A DNA stretch of 64,000 nucleotides. Origin: an uncultured Lentimicrobiaceae bacterium (GTDB taxonomy: Bacteria > Bacteroidota > Bacteroidia > Bacteroidales > UBA4417). The stretch covers positions 19,154 through 83,153 of the forward strand of contig CAYQTT010000019.1 in assembly GCA_964420555.1 (NCBI GenBank), given 5' to 3'. The notes under the pieces were generated by a model that ran no database searches, had not been told where the DNA came from, and saw only the letters and a list, made by a program, of their open reading frames with translations. The position numbers and the translations under genes were made by a program. This document shows, in pieces, positions 46,835-54,976 of this stretch. Within the stretch, counting starts at the first letter, position 1, and each line of letters opens with the position of its first letter.

Positions 46835-47605
46835 ATGAAAACGAAAAAAGAGATAGTAGAAAACTGGTTGCCCCGTTATACCGGTACTGAACTTGGTGAA
46901 TTTGGCGAATACATACTGCTGGTGAATTTCGGGGCTTATCTCGAAACTTTTGCCCGACTTAACAATGCAGAAATCAAGGGCCGGGACCGATCCATGCCCA
47001 GCGCAACTGCAGGTAATATTACAATGATCAAATTCGGCATGGGGAGTGCTAATGCAGCTACGGTGATGGACCTGCTTGGTGCTATAAATCCAAAGGCATG
47101 CCTTTTCCTCGGTAAATGCGGCGGATTGAAACATATAAATGCCCTGGGCGATTACATTCTCCCGATTGCAGCAATCAGGGGTGAAGGTACTTCCGACGAC
47201 TATTTCCCACCCGAAATTCCTGCCCTTCCGGCATTCAACCTGCAGAAAGCAATTTCGACCACAATCCGCGAAATGGGCCTCGATTATTACACCGGAACTG
47301 TGTACACTACCAACCGCAGAGTTTGGGAACATGACGATGAGTTTAAACAATACCTTCAGAGTACCCGCGCAATGGCTATTGACCTCGAAACCGCAACAAT
47401 TTTTATAGTAGGGTTTGCCAATTATATTTCGACCGGCGCGCTTCTGCTGGTTTCGGATCAACCTATGATTTCGAGTGGAGTAAAGACTGAACAGAGCGAT
47501 AAGGTAGTAACTGAAAACTATATGGAAAACCATGTTAAAATAGGAATCGAATCGCTGAAACAGCTTATTGAAACCCGTGTTACAGTAAAGCATTTGAAGT
47601 TTTAA
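46835..47605 (+). CDS. amn: short-form AMP nucleosidase / nucleoside phosphorylase family protein
   Basis: ITMIKFGMGSANAATVMDLL, FLGKCGGL and AIDLETATIF match the catalytic domain of AMP nucleosidase. ATG at 46835 preferred over the ORF-track start at 46727. Confidence 0.8.
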   Translation: MKTKKEIVENWLPRYTGTELGEFGEYILLVNFGAYLETFARLNNAEIKGRDRSMPSATAGNITMIKFGMGSANAATVMDLLGAINPKACLFLGKCGGLKHINALGDYILPIAAIRGEGTSDDYFPPEIPALPAFNLQKAISTTIREMGLDYYTGTVYTTNRRVWEHDDEFKQYLQSTRAMAIDLETATIFIVGFANYISTGALLLVSDQPMISSGVKTEQSDKVVTENYMENHVKIGIESLKQLIETRVTVKHLKF

Positions 47606-47634
47606 TCACGTTAATTATACCTGCATCAAGCGCA

Positions 47635-48654
47635 ATGACCTCAACCTATTTTCAGTTAGTAAAGGATCTTCAGAAAAGAGATTTCGCAAACGTATATCTC
47701 TTTTACGGCGATGAACCCTATTTTATTGACGAACTCACTGATTATCTGACCGAAAATACGCTTACAGATATTGAGAAAGATCTAAACCAGTATGTTTTGT
47801 ACGGTCGCGACTCATCGGCAGCGATGGTTGTAAATTCGAGCAAACAATTTCCGATGGCGGGCGACAAGCAGCTTGTGGTTTTGCGCGAAGCCCAGGACAT
47901 GGATCTTAAAAAGGAGGAAACACTGGGATTGTTGCTTTCCTATATTAAAAATCCACAGCCATCAACTGTACTCGTTATTGCGCATAAATACAAAACAATT
48001 CCTGCCAAATTACTGAAAGCAATTTCGGCATCAGACAAAGCGGTTGCCGTTGAGTCGAAACGAAAATACGAAAGTGAACTGCCTGCATGGATTACCGCAC
48101 AGGTAAAAAACAGCGGATATTCCATTTCAGATAAAGCAGCTATTATGCTGGTTGAATTTCTAGGCAACAACCTCGAAAAAATCAACAACGAATTAAGTAA
48201 ACTTTATATCAATCTTACCAGGACCAAGGCAATAACCGAAGAGTCGGTAGAGCAATTTATCGGGATTAGCAAGGACTATAATATCTTTGAATTTCAGAAA
48301 GCATTAGCTAAAAAAAATATCACGGTAGCCAATAAAATTGCGAATCATTTTGCTATTAATCCGGGCGAAAACTCAATTTTCAAAACCATACCTATGCTGT
48401 TCAACTTTTTCAGTAAGGTATTAATCATCCATTCATTACCCGATAAATCAGAATCGTCAATCATAAGCAAAGCAAAAATATCGCCCTATACCAAGCAGGA
48501 TTATATTGATGCCTACCGGAATTATAATGCAAAAAAAGTTATGGATATTATTGGCTGGCTTCGCGAATGCAATACACGCGCTTTAGGTATTGACAATTAC
48601 TCTGTCGACCAGGGAGAGCTGCTTAAAGAGCTGGTTTTTAAAATTTTGCATTAG
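47635..48654 (+). CDS. holA: DNA polymerase III subunit delta
   Basis: VYLFYGDEPYFIDELTDYL N-terminus, length and helical C-terminal domains fit HolA. Confidence 0.85.
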   Translation: MTSTYFQLVKDLQKRDFANVYLFYGDEPYFIDELTDYLTENTLTDIEKDLNQYVLYGRDSSAAMVVNSSKQFPMAGDKQLVVLREAQDMDLKKEETLGLLLSYIKNPQPSTVLVIAHKYKTIPAKLLKAISASDKAVAVESKRKYESELPAWITAQVKNSGYSISDKAAIMLVEFLGNNLEKINNELSKLYINLTRTKAITEESVEQFIGISKDYNIFEFQKALAKKNITVANKIANHFAINPGENSIFKTIPMLFNFFSKVLIIHSLPDKSESSIISKAKISPYTKQDYIDAYRNYNAKKVMDIIGWLRECNTRALGIDNYSVDQGELLKELVFKILH

Positions 48655-48689
48655 CATAATCTCCAACATCCCACATCTATACTACTTCT

Positions 48690-50465
48690 CTATGGTTTCC
48701 CGTACATTTCATCAATCAGATTCTCATATTTTGCTGTCAGGTATTTACGGCGTAGTTTAAGGGTGGGTGATAGTTCGCCGGAATCGGTGCTCCAATGGTC
48801 AGTAATTATTTCCCACTTTTTTATCTGTTCATGATGGCCGAAATGCTGGTTAATCTCATAGATTTCCTCTTCAATGCGATGAATCACCCTCGAATGCCTT
48901 ATAATATCATCATCTGAACCATAAGGGATGTCTTTCACCCTGCACCAGCCTTTGAGGTAATCGAATGATGGGATAATAATGGCGGCAGGGTGTTTACGGT
49001 TTTCACCTATAACAAGGATGTGTTCAATAAACGCTGATTCTTTGAAACGGTTTTCCAGCACCTGGGGGGCAACATATTTGCCGCCTGATGTTTTAAACAT
49101 TTCCTTTTTCCGGTCAGTTATCTGAAGATATTTTTCATCGACTATATGGCCAATATCTCCGGTATGAAACCAACCATCGGAATCGATAACTTCGGCAGTT
49201 CGGTCAGGGCGGTTGTAATATCCTAACATCACATTAGGTCCCCGGACAAGGATTTCGCCATCAGGAGCAAATTTAAGCTCCACTCCTGGCAGAACCGGGC
49301 CGACCGTTCCTGTGCGTGCGCCGCCTTTAAGAAAATTGCTGACAGCAATAACCGGAGATGTTTCGGTAAGTCCATATCCTTCCATAAGTTTAAATCCTGC
49401 AGCCCAGAAAATACGCGCGATTCGGGGATTCAGGCTGGCCCCGCCCGAAACTATTGAAACCAGGTTGCCACCTAATGCTTCGTGCCATTTTTTGAACACC
49501 AGCTTGCGGTAAACTGCCAATTTAAACTTGTACAACAGCGAAAACTCCTGATCGGGTTCATAAAGCTGTCCGACAGCAATGGCCCGGTAAAAAAGGGCTC
49601 GTTTTATGCCTTTCAAATCGCGACCTTTCGCCATTATAGCATCGAAAAGTTTCTCCAGTATCCGTGGAACGGCACAAAATATTTCAGGTTTGGCTTCGGC
49701 GAGTTCTTCTTTAATTTTATCAAAACCATCAATGTACCAGATAGCAGTTCCGCAATTCTGATAAGTATAGTTGAGAATTCTTTCGTAAATATGGCATAAT
49801 GGCAATATGCTTGCTGCCCTTCGTGCCGGCTGCTGTTTTAAAATTGCAGTCAGCGCAGTAAAATTACTTACCAGGTTGGCATGCGATAGCATAACACCTT
49901 TGGGCCTCCCGGTAGTTCCGGAAGTATAAATGATCGAAAACAGATCATCGGCGCTGATGCTGTTCGCCATTTTCACGACTTTTTCCGACGGATAAAACAA
50001 ATGATACTTTTGCAAGAGGTCATCCAGGCAGATGGTTCCGGCAGTTTTATCAATGGAAACAATAAATTTCAGCGTAGGAATGTCACCAAGAATGCCGGAA
50101 ATTCTGTCGAGGGCAACAGCATCATTCACAACAAGGCCTGTAATTGCGGCATCGTTAAAAATAAACTGAATCTGCGAAGGGCTGATTGTAGGATACACCG
50201 GAACCTGAACCGCGCCGGCCAGGCAAATAGCCATATCGAAGAAATTCCATTCGGGACGGTTATTAATTATAGTTGCAACCCTTTCGCCTTTTTGAATTCC
50301 TGATTCGATAAGGGCGTGAGCAAGCATATAACTATTTCGGTGGTAGGTAGCCCTGTCAACTTCAAGAACCTGCCCGTTTTTCTTTCCGAACAATACCGGC
50401 TCATCAGCTTTATAATGCTGTTGTGATACTTCAAGCAGATCGAAAATGCGGGTCACTCCGTTCAT
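48690..50465 (-). CDS. long-chain fatty-acid--CoA ligase (AMP-forming)
   Basis: AMP-binding motif YTSGTTGRPKGV, GYGLTETS, TGD, GKY. Paralog of 50644..52425. Confidence 0.9.
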   Translation of the reverse strand: MNGVTRIFDLLEVSQQHYKADEPVLFGKKNGQVLEVDRATYHRNSYMLAHALIESGIQKGERVATIINNRPEWNFFDMAICLAGAVQVPVYPTISPSQIQFIFNDAAITGLVVNDAVALDRISGILGDIPTLKFIVSIDKTAGTICLDDLLQKYHLFYPSEKVVKMANSISADDLFSIIYTSGTTGRPKGVMLSHANLVSNFTALTAILKQQPARRAASILPLCHIYERILNYTYQNCGTAIWYIDGFDKIKEELAEAKPEIFCAVPRILEKLFDAIMAKGRDLKGIKRALFYRAIAVGQLYEPDQEFSLLYKFKLAVYRKLVFKKWHEALGGNLVSIVSGGASLNPRIARIFWAAGFKLMEGYGLTETSPVIAVSNFLKGGARTGTVGPVLPGVELKFAPDGEILVRGPNVMLGYYNRPDRTAEVIDSDGWFHTGDIGHIVDEKYLQITDRKKEMFKTSGGKYVAPQVLENRFKESAFIEHILVIGENRKHPAAIIIPSFDYLKGWCRVKDIPYGSDDDIIRHSRVIHRIEEEIYEINQHFGHHEQIKKWEIITDHWSTDSGELSPTLKLRRKYLTAKYENLIDEMYGKP

Positions 50466-50643
50466 CGGTCCAACTTATTGCTCATTCTAATATATCAGCT
50501 AATATAATGAATAAATCGATTTAAGGCAAAAAAAGGTTTAGTCATCATTTAAAACAACAGCTAGGTAATGACATTAAAACCAAATACATACTAAGCTACA
50601 CAGGTTTTTCAGGTATAAATGAATTGAAAAACTGAGGCCAGGT

Positions 50644-52425
50644 TTAATCATCCTGCCTTGAAAACAGTTTCTCAATAGTAGATTTGTATTTATTGTTTAA
50701 GAAAGTCCTCCGAAGTTTGAGAGTTGCCGTTAATTCGCCCGAATCGACCGTCCATTCGCTATCGAGAAGCTCGAATGCTTTAATTTGCTCAGTAGCGCCA
50801 AGATGCCTGTTGAATTTATGAATTTCTTTTTCAAAACGTTTTTGAATACGTTCAAGTGAAATCATTTCAGTATTGGTAGTATATGGTATTCCTTTAATCT
50901 CGCACCACGAACGAAGGTGGTTAAAGTCAGGGGCTATAATGGCGGCAGCATATTTCTGATTTTCGCCAACCACCATCAGCGCATCAATAAACGGTGATTC
51001 TTTCAGCCTGTTTTCGACCAGTTCGGGACTTACATATTTGCCAAAAGAAGTTTTAAATATTTCCTTTTTCCGGCCGGTTATTTTCAAATGTCCTTCGGGT
51101 TCAATTTTTCCCAGGTCGCCTGTATGGAACCAGCCTTCGCTGTCAATGGCCTGCGCCGTTAGTTCCGGCTCCTTATAATATCCCTGCATTAAACCAGGGC
51201 CTTTACATAGGATTTCATGATCTTCGGCAATTCTGACAGTTGTATTTTTTAATATCGGCCCAACGGTACCAAATTTTACACCGTTTGGTTCAAACGTATT
51301 AACTGCGATAACAGGGGAAGTTTCAGTAAGGCCATATCCTTCAAGCACCGGGATACCTGCTGCCCAGAAAATATGTGCAAGCCTGGGCTGAAGAGCAGCA
51401 CCTCCACTTACAATCACTTTGAGGTTTCCGCCGAGCGCTTCCTGCCATTTGCTGAAGACGAGTTTTCGTGCAATTTTAAGTTTCAAAGTATAATAAGGAC
51501 CTTTTGCACCATACATTTCATAATGTTTCCCAACATTCACAGCCCAGAAGAAAATCATTTTCTTAATCCCGGTAAGCTTACGACCTGAATTCATGATGCG
51601 GTCGAACACTTTTTCGAGCAAACGCGGAACAGTGGACAAAATATGAGGCTTGATATCGCGGAGGTTATCGCCAACTGTTGCAGGGCTTTCGGCATAATAC
51701 ACCGAAATACCGAGGTATTGATACAAATATACCAGCATCCTTTCGTAAATATGGCACAAAGGCAGGTAGCTCAACGCTCTTCCCTCCTCGCCTACCGGAG
51801 GAATTTCTTTCACTGCCATAAAATTGGAAATGATATTGGCGTGCGAAAGCAAAACACCTTTTGGATGGCCGGTGGTGCCTGAAGTATAAATAATAGTTGC
51901 CAGATCGTGAGTTCCGATTCCTGCTTTAATTTCTTCAACTTTAGCAGGTTCAGGATTTTCGCGACCGAGGTCGGTAAGTTCGCCAAGAAGTTTAACGCCT
52001 TCGGTTTGTTTAAAAGAATAAATCCCAAGCAAACCTTCGATATCCCCTAAAATGTGCTCAATTTTACGATATGTATCCCAACCCGAAACAAATATTACTT
52101 TAACTCCGGCATGAGTAAGTATGTATTTATAATCGCTTTCGCTGATAGTAGGATAAACAGGTACATGAATGGCACCTGCCTGTTGTATGCCCATATCCAC
52201 CAAGTTCCATTCGGGGCGGCTACCCGAAATTGTTGCTACTCTGTCGCCGGGCTTAACGCCAAGTTTCAGTAAGCCGAAACTTATATTATCGGCTGATGAG
52301 ATATAATCGTTAATTGAGTATTTAACCCAATTTCCATTGTCGCGGCCAGCGAGAACATCATCTTTAGGTTTAAATGATTTCGAGTAATGTGGCAGGATGT
52401 CAAATAGGCGGGTAACTTCTTGCAT
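50644..52425 (-). CDS. long-chain fatty-acid--CoA ligase (AMP-forming), second copy
   Basis: YTSGTTGHPKGV, GYGLTETS, TGD. Collinear with the adjacent paralog. Confidence 0.9.
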   Translation of the reverse strand: MQEVTRLFDILPHYSKSFKPKDDVLAGRDNGNWVKYSINDYISSADNISFGLLKLGVKPGDRVATISGSRPEWNLVDMGIQQAGAIHVPVYPTISESDYKYILTHAGVKVIFVSGWDTYRKIEHILGDIEGLLGIYSFKQTEGVKLLGELTDLGRENPEPAKVEEIKAGIGTHDLATIIYTSGTTGHPKGVLLSHANIISNFMAVKEIPPVGEEGRALSYLPLCHIYERMLVYLYQYLGISVYYAESPATVGDNLRDIKPHILSTVPRLLEKVFDRIMNSGRKLTGIKKMIFFWAVNVGKHYEMYGAKGPYYTLKLKIARKLVFSKWQEALGGNLKVIVSGGAALQPRLAHIFWAAGIPVLEGYGLTETSPVIAVNTFEPNGVKFGTVGPILKNTTVRIAEDHEILCKGPGLMQGYYKEPELTAQAIDSEGWFHTGDLGKIEPEGHLKITGRKKEIFKTSFGKYVSPELVENRLKESPFIDALMVVGENQKYAAAIIAPDFNHLRSWCEIKGIPYTTNTEMISLERIQKRFEKEIHKFNRHLGATEQIKAFELLDSEWTVDSGELTATLKLRRTFLNNKYKSTIEKLFSRQDD

Positions 52426-52544
52426 AAGGTGACTTTGAGTTTACGATTCGATGTAAAGATAATTATAAAATTACATGTGTAACATCTGTAAGCCTTAAGA
52501 TTTTATTAACAATACGAGGGGGCGTGGTTCCAAAAGGTAAAAGT

Positions 52545-52649
52545 CCAAATACCAAGTTCCAAATTCCAAATTCCAAATTCCACGGCCAAATCACAAATCC
52601 CAAAAACCAAAAACCAAAAACCAAGGCTAAATCACAAATCCCAAATCCA
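52545..52649. repeat. tandem heptamer array (CCAAATT / CAAATCC / CAAAAAC variants) x15
   Basis: Fifteen consecutive 7-nt units read in register from 52545, strongly A+C-rich on the plus strand. It lies between the SDR stop and the acyl-CoA ligase start. Confidence 0.9.
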
Positions 52650-52750
52650 TCATGATTTCTTAGTGTCTCTTATTGCTCTATGTGCCTTAGTGGTTTTAAA
52701 AATCACAAATCCAGCATCCCAATTCCCTAAATTACGCTCGTCGACTTCTT

Positions 52751-52781
52751 GGAATTTGGGATTTGGTTTTTGGAATTTGGA
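52751..52781. repeat. inverted partial copy of the 52545..52649 array
   Basis: GGAATTT GGGATTT GGTTTTT GGAATTT GGA is the reverse complement of unit types in the upstream array (CCAAATT, AAATCCC, AAAAACC). It ends 7 nt before the SDR stop codon. Confidence 0.8.
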
Positions 52782-52787
52782 TCTTTT

Positions 52788-53549
52788 CTACAGCACTTTA
52801 TTGAAATAACCCGGACTTGCCTGTGCGGTTGGCATTATCACCATATCGTTAATATTTACATGGCCCGGAAGGCTTGTAATCCACAACACGGCATTTGAAA
52901 TATCCTCTGCCTCCAGCGGTTTAAATCCTTTATACACATTGGCTGCAGCTTCTTTATCACCTTTGAAACGAACTTGTGAGAATTCCGTTTCTGCAGCTCC
53001 GGGAGCAACCTGCGATACTTTTATTCCATGGCTGAGCATATCAATACGCATGGCTCGGGTAAGCGCTTCAACAGCGAATTTGGTGGCACAATATACATTT
53101 CCTTTTGCATACACTTCCTTACCGGCAATAGACCCAATATTCACAATATGAGGGCATTCGCTCTTTAACAACAAGGGAAAAACATTTTTAGTTACATACA
53201 GAAGTCCTTTTATGTTGGTATCAATCATTGTATCCCAGTCATCCAAATTGCCATCCTGCAAAGGATCGCTTCCGGCAGCTAAACCTGCATTATTAATCAG
53301 TACATCAATATTGCGCCAGTTTTGCGGAATACTGTCAATGGCTTGCTTTACAGCATCACGATCGCGGACATCAAAGTTTAAGGTAAGAACTTCAACACCA
53401 TACATTTTCAATAAGTTTTCAGCTTCTGCTTCCAGTCTGTCGGCCCTGCGGCCGGTTATAATTATGCGGTGACCTTCGTGAGCAAAGGAATGTGCGCAAG
53501 CTTTTCCAAAACCGCTGGTGGCGCCTGTAATAAATATCGTTTTCTGCAT
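52788..53549 (-). CDS. SDR-family NADP-dependent oxidoreductase (YdfG-like)
   Basis: TGATSGFG cofactor motif, NNAG, catalytic YCATK. Confidence 0.9.
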   Translation of the reverse strand: MQKTIFITGATSGFGKACAHSFAHEGHRIIITGRRADRLEAEAENLLKMYGVEVLTLNFDVRDRDAVKQAIDSIPQNWRNIDVLINNAGLAAGSDPLQDGNLDDWDTMIDTNIKGLLYVTKNVFPLLLKSECPHIVNIGSIAGKEVYAKGNVYCATKFAVEALTRAMRIDMLSHGIKVSQVAPGAAETEFSQVRFKGDKEAAANVYKGFKPLEAEDISNAVLWITSLPGHVNINDMVIMPTAQASPGYFNKVL

Positions 53550-53590
53550 AATTTATGTCTCTTAATTTTTCTTACAGCTTTGTTAATCAA

Positions 53591-53908
53591 TTATTTGGCA
53601 AGTATCCGCAATCCCACTATTCCAAAAATAATTAGCATAATACATGCAATGCGAAGAATATCGGTTGGTTCCTTAAAAAACACAATACCATAAACAACGG
53701 TACCGACGGTTCCGACGCCAGTCCACACTGCGTAAGCTGTTCCCATGGGTAAATGTTTCAGCGCCAGCGAAAGGAAGTAAAAGGATGCCACCATAGCAAT
53801 AACGGTCAGCACTGATGGCCATAAGCGGGTCCAGCCCTCGGTGTATTTGATACCGATAGCCCAGGCAATTTCGAATAAACCGGCGATGAAAAGGATGAAC
53901 CAGGACAT
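53591..53908 (-). CDS. sugE: SMR-family transporter, SugE/Gdx type
   Basis: 105 aa, four TM helices. MSWFILFIAGLFEIAWAIGIKYTEG is the SugE/Gdx N-terminus with the conserved Glu. Confidence 0.9.
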   Translation of the reverse strand: MSWFILFIAGLFEIAWAIGIKYTEGWTRLWPSVLTVIAMVASFYFLSLALKHLPMGTAYAVWTGVGTVGTVVYGIVFFKEPTDILRIACIMLIIFGIVGLRILAK

Positions 53909-53915
53909 GGGTTAA

Positions 53916-53967
53916 GTGAAAAGTGAACAGTGAAAAGTGAACAGTGAAGAGTGAATAGTGAAGAGTG
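53916..53967. repeat. tandem heptamer array (GTGAANA) x7, reverse complement of the CACTNTT family
   Basis: GTGAAAA GTGAACA GTGAAAA GTGAACA GTGAAGA GTGAATA GTGAAGA GTG. It begins 8 nt upstream of the sugE start codon. Confidence 0.9.
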
Positions 53968-54017
53968 TGGTTTCACTGCTTGCAACTACTTGCAATTACA
54001 TTGTTATCAGAGGGAAA

Positions 54018-54725
54018 TTATTCAGCCAGCGAAAGAGCCAGTTTTGTCATGTTGGTAAAATTGGTTTGTCTTTCTTCGGCACTTACATGTTCGCCGGTGA
54101 GCAGGTGATCACTAACTGTCAGCAGCGACAAAGCTTCGACGCCAAGGCGCGATGCAAGCAGATACAATCCTGCTGATTCCATTTCAACAGCCAGGGTTCC
54201 ATAATTGCGCCAAAGTTCATAGGCATCTCCTTCTTCAGCAAAATGATAAAAAAGATCGGACGAGAGTATATTGCCAACTTTTACAGGCATGCCCATCTTT
54301 GCGGCATTGGCAGCAGCCAGTTGTGTTAAACGGAAACTTGCCGTTGGGGCGAATGTCATCCCCGGAAAATACCTCCCAACTGAAAACGAATCGGTTGAAG
54401 CACTTATGGCAAGAACAACATCGCGTAATTTCACTTCTTCGAGCAATCCGCCGCAGGTACCAATCCTGACCAGCGTTTTTACTTTATAATCATTAATAAG
54501 TTCGGTTACATATATCATGTGGGAGGGCAAACCCATTCCTGTTCCCTGCACCGAAACTCTTTTTCCGTTGTAATAACCGGTATAGCCAAGCATACCACGT
54601 ACATTATTATAACAAACGGCATCGGTAAGTAAATTTTCGGCTATATGTTTTGCCCTCAACGGATCACCTGGAAGTAACACAAAATCAGCTATTTCGCCTT
54701 CTTTTGCTTCGATATGAATACTCAT
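54018..54725 (-). CDS. deoD: purine nucleoside phosphorylase, DeoD type
   Basis: SIHIEAKEGEIA, VQGTGMGLPS, RIGTCGG, EMESAGLY. Confidence 0.93.
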   Translation of the reverse strand: MSIHIEAKEGEIADFVLLPGDPLRAKHIAENLLTDAVCYNNVRGMLGYTGYYNGKRVSVQGTGMGLPSHMIYVTELINDYKVKTLVRIGTCGGLLEEVKLRDVVLAISASTDSFSVGRYFPGMTFAPTASFRLTQLAAANAAKMGMPVKVGNILSSDLFYHFAEEGDAYELWRNYGTLAVEMESAGLYLLASRLGVEALSLLTVSDHLLTGEHVSAEERQTNFTNMTKLALSLAE

Positions 54726-54743
54726 GTTTTAAAAAATAAGGAG

Positions 54744-54751
54744 CAAAGATA
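54744..54751 (-). promoter_or_regulatory. -7 promoter box for deoD
   Basis: The minus strand reads TATCTTTG, 19 nt upstream of the ATG at 54725. Confidence 0.5.
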
Positions 54752-54976
54752 ATGACAAATCGTTCAGCAAAATAAATTTTCCCATTTTGAGGTTGATTCA
54801 TTCATTTATAAACACAATCTGCGATATATGCATCGGCTGTAGGCTTTCAGGCTGAATTGTTTCTTTCAGCAACAAACTGTGCCATATACCTTTTTACGAC
54901 AAATCTGTAAATGTTAAGTTTTAATGATTCAGCAAAAAAGACCATTTATAATTGCCAACAGAAATTGCAGGAATAC

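Noticed and set aside
46823-47593. 256-aa ORF on the minus strand
   Set aside because: It is entirely antisense to the AMP-nucleosidase-type gene, whose translation carries clear family motifs. The antisense product is Cys/Phe/His-rich with no recognisable motif.
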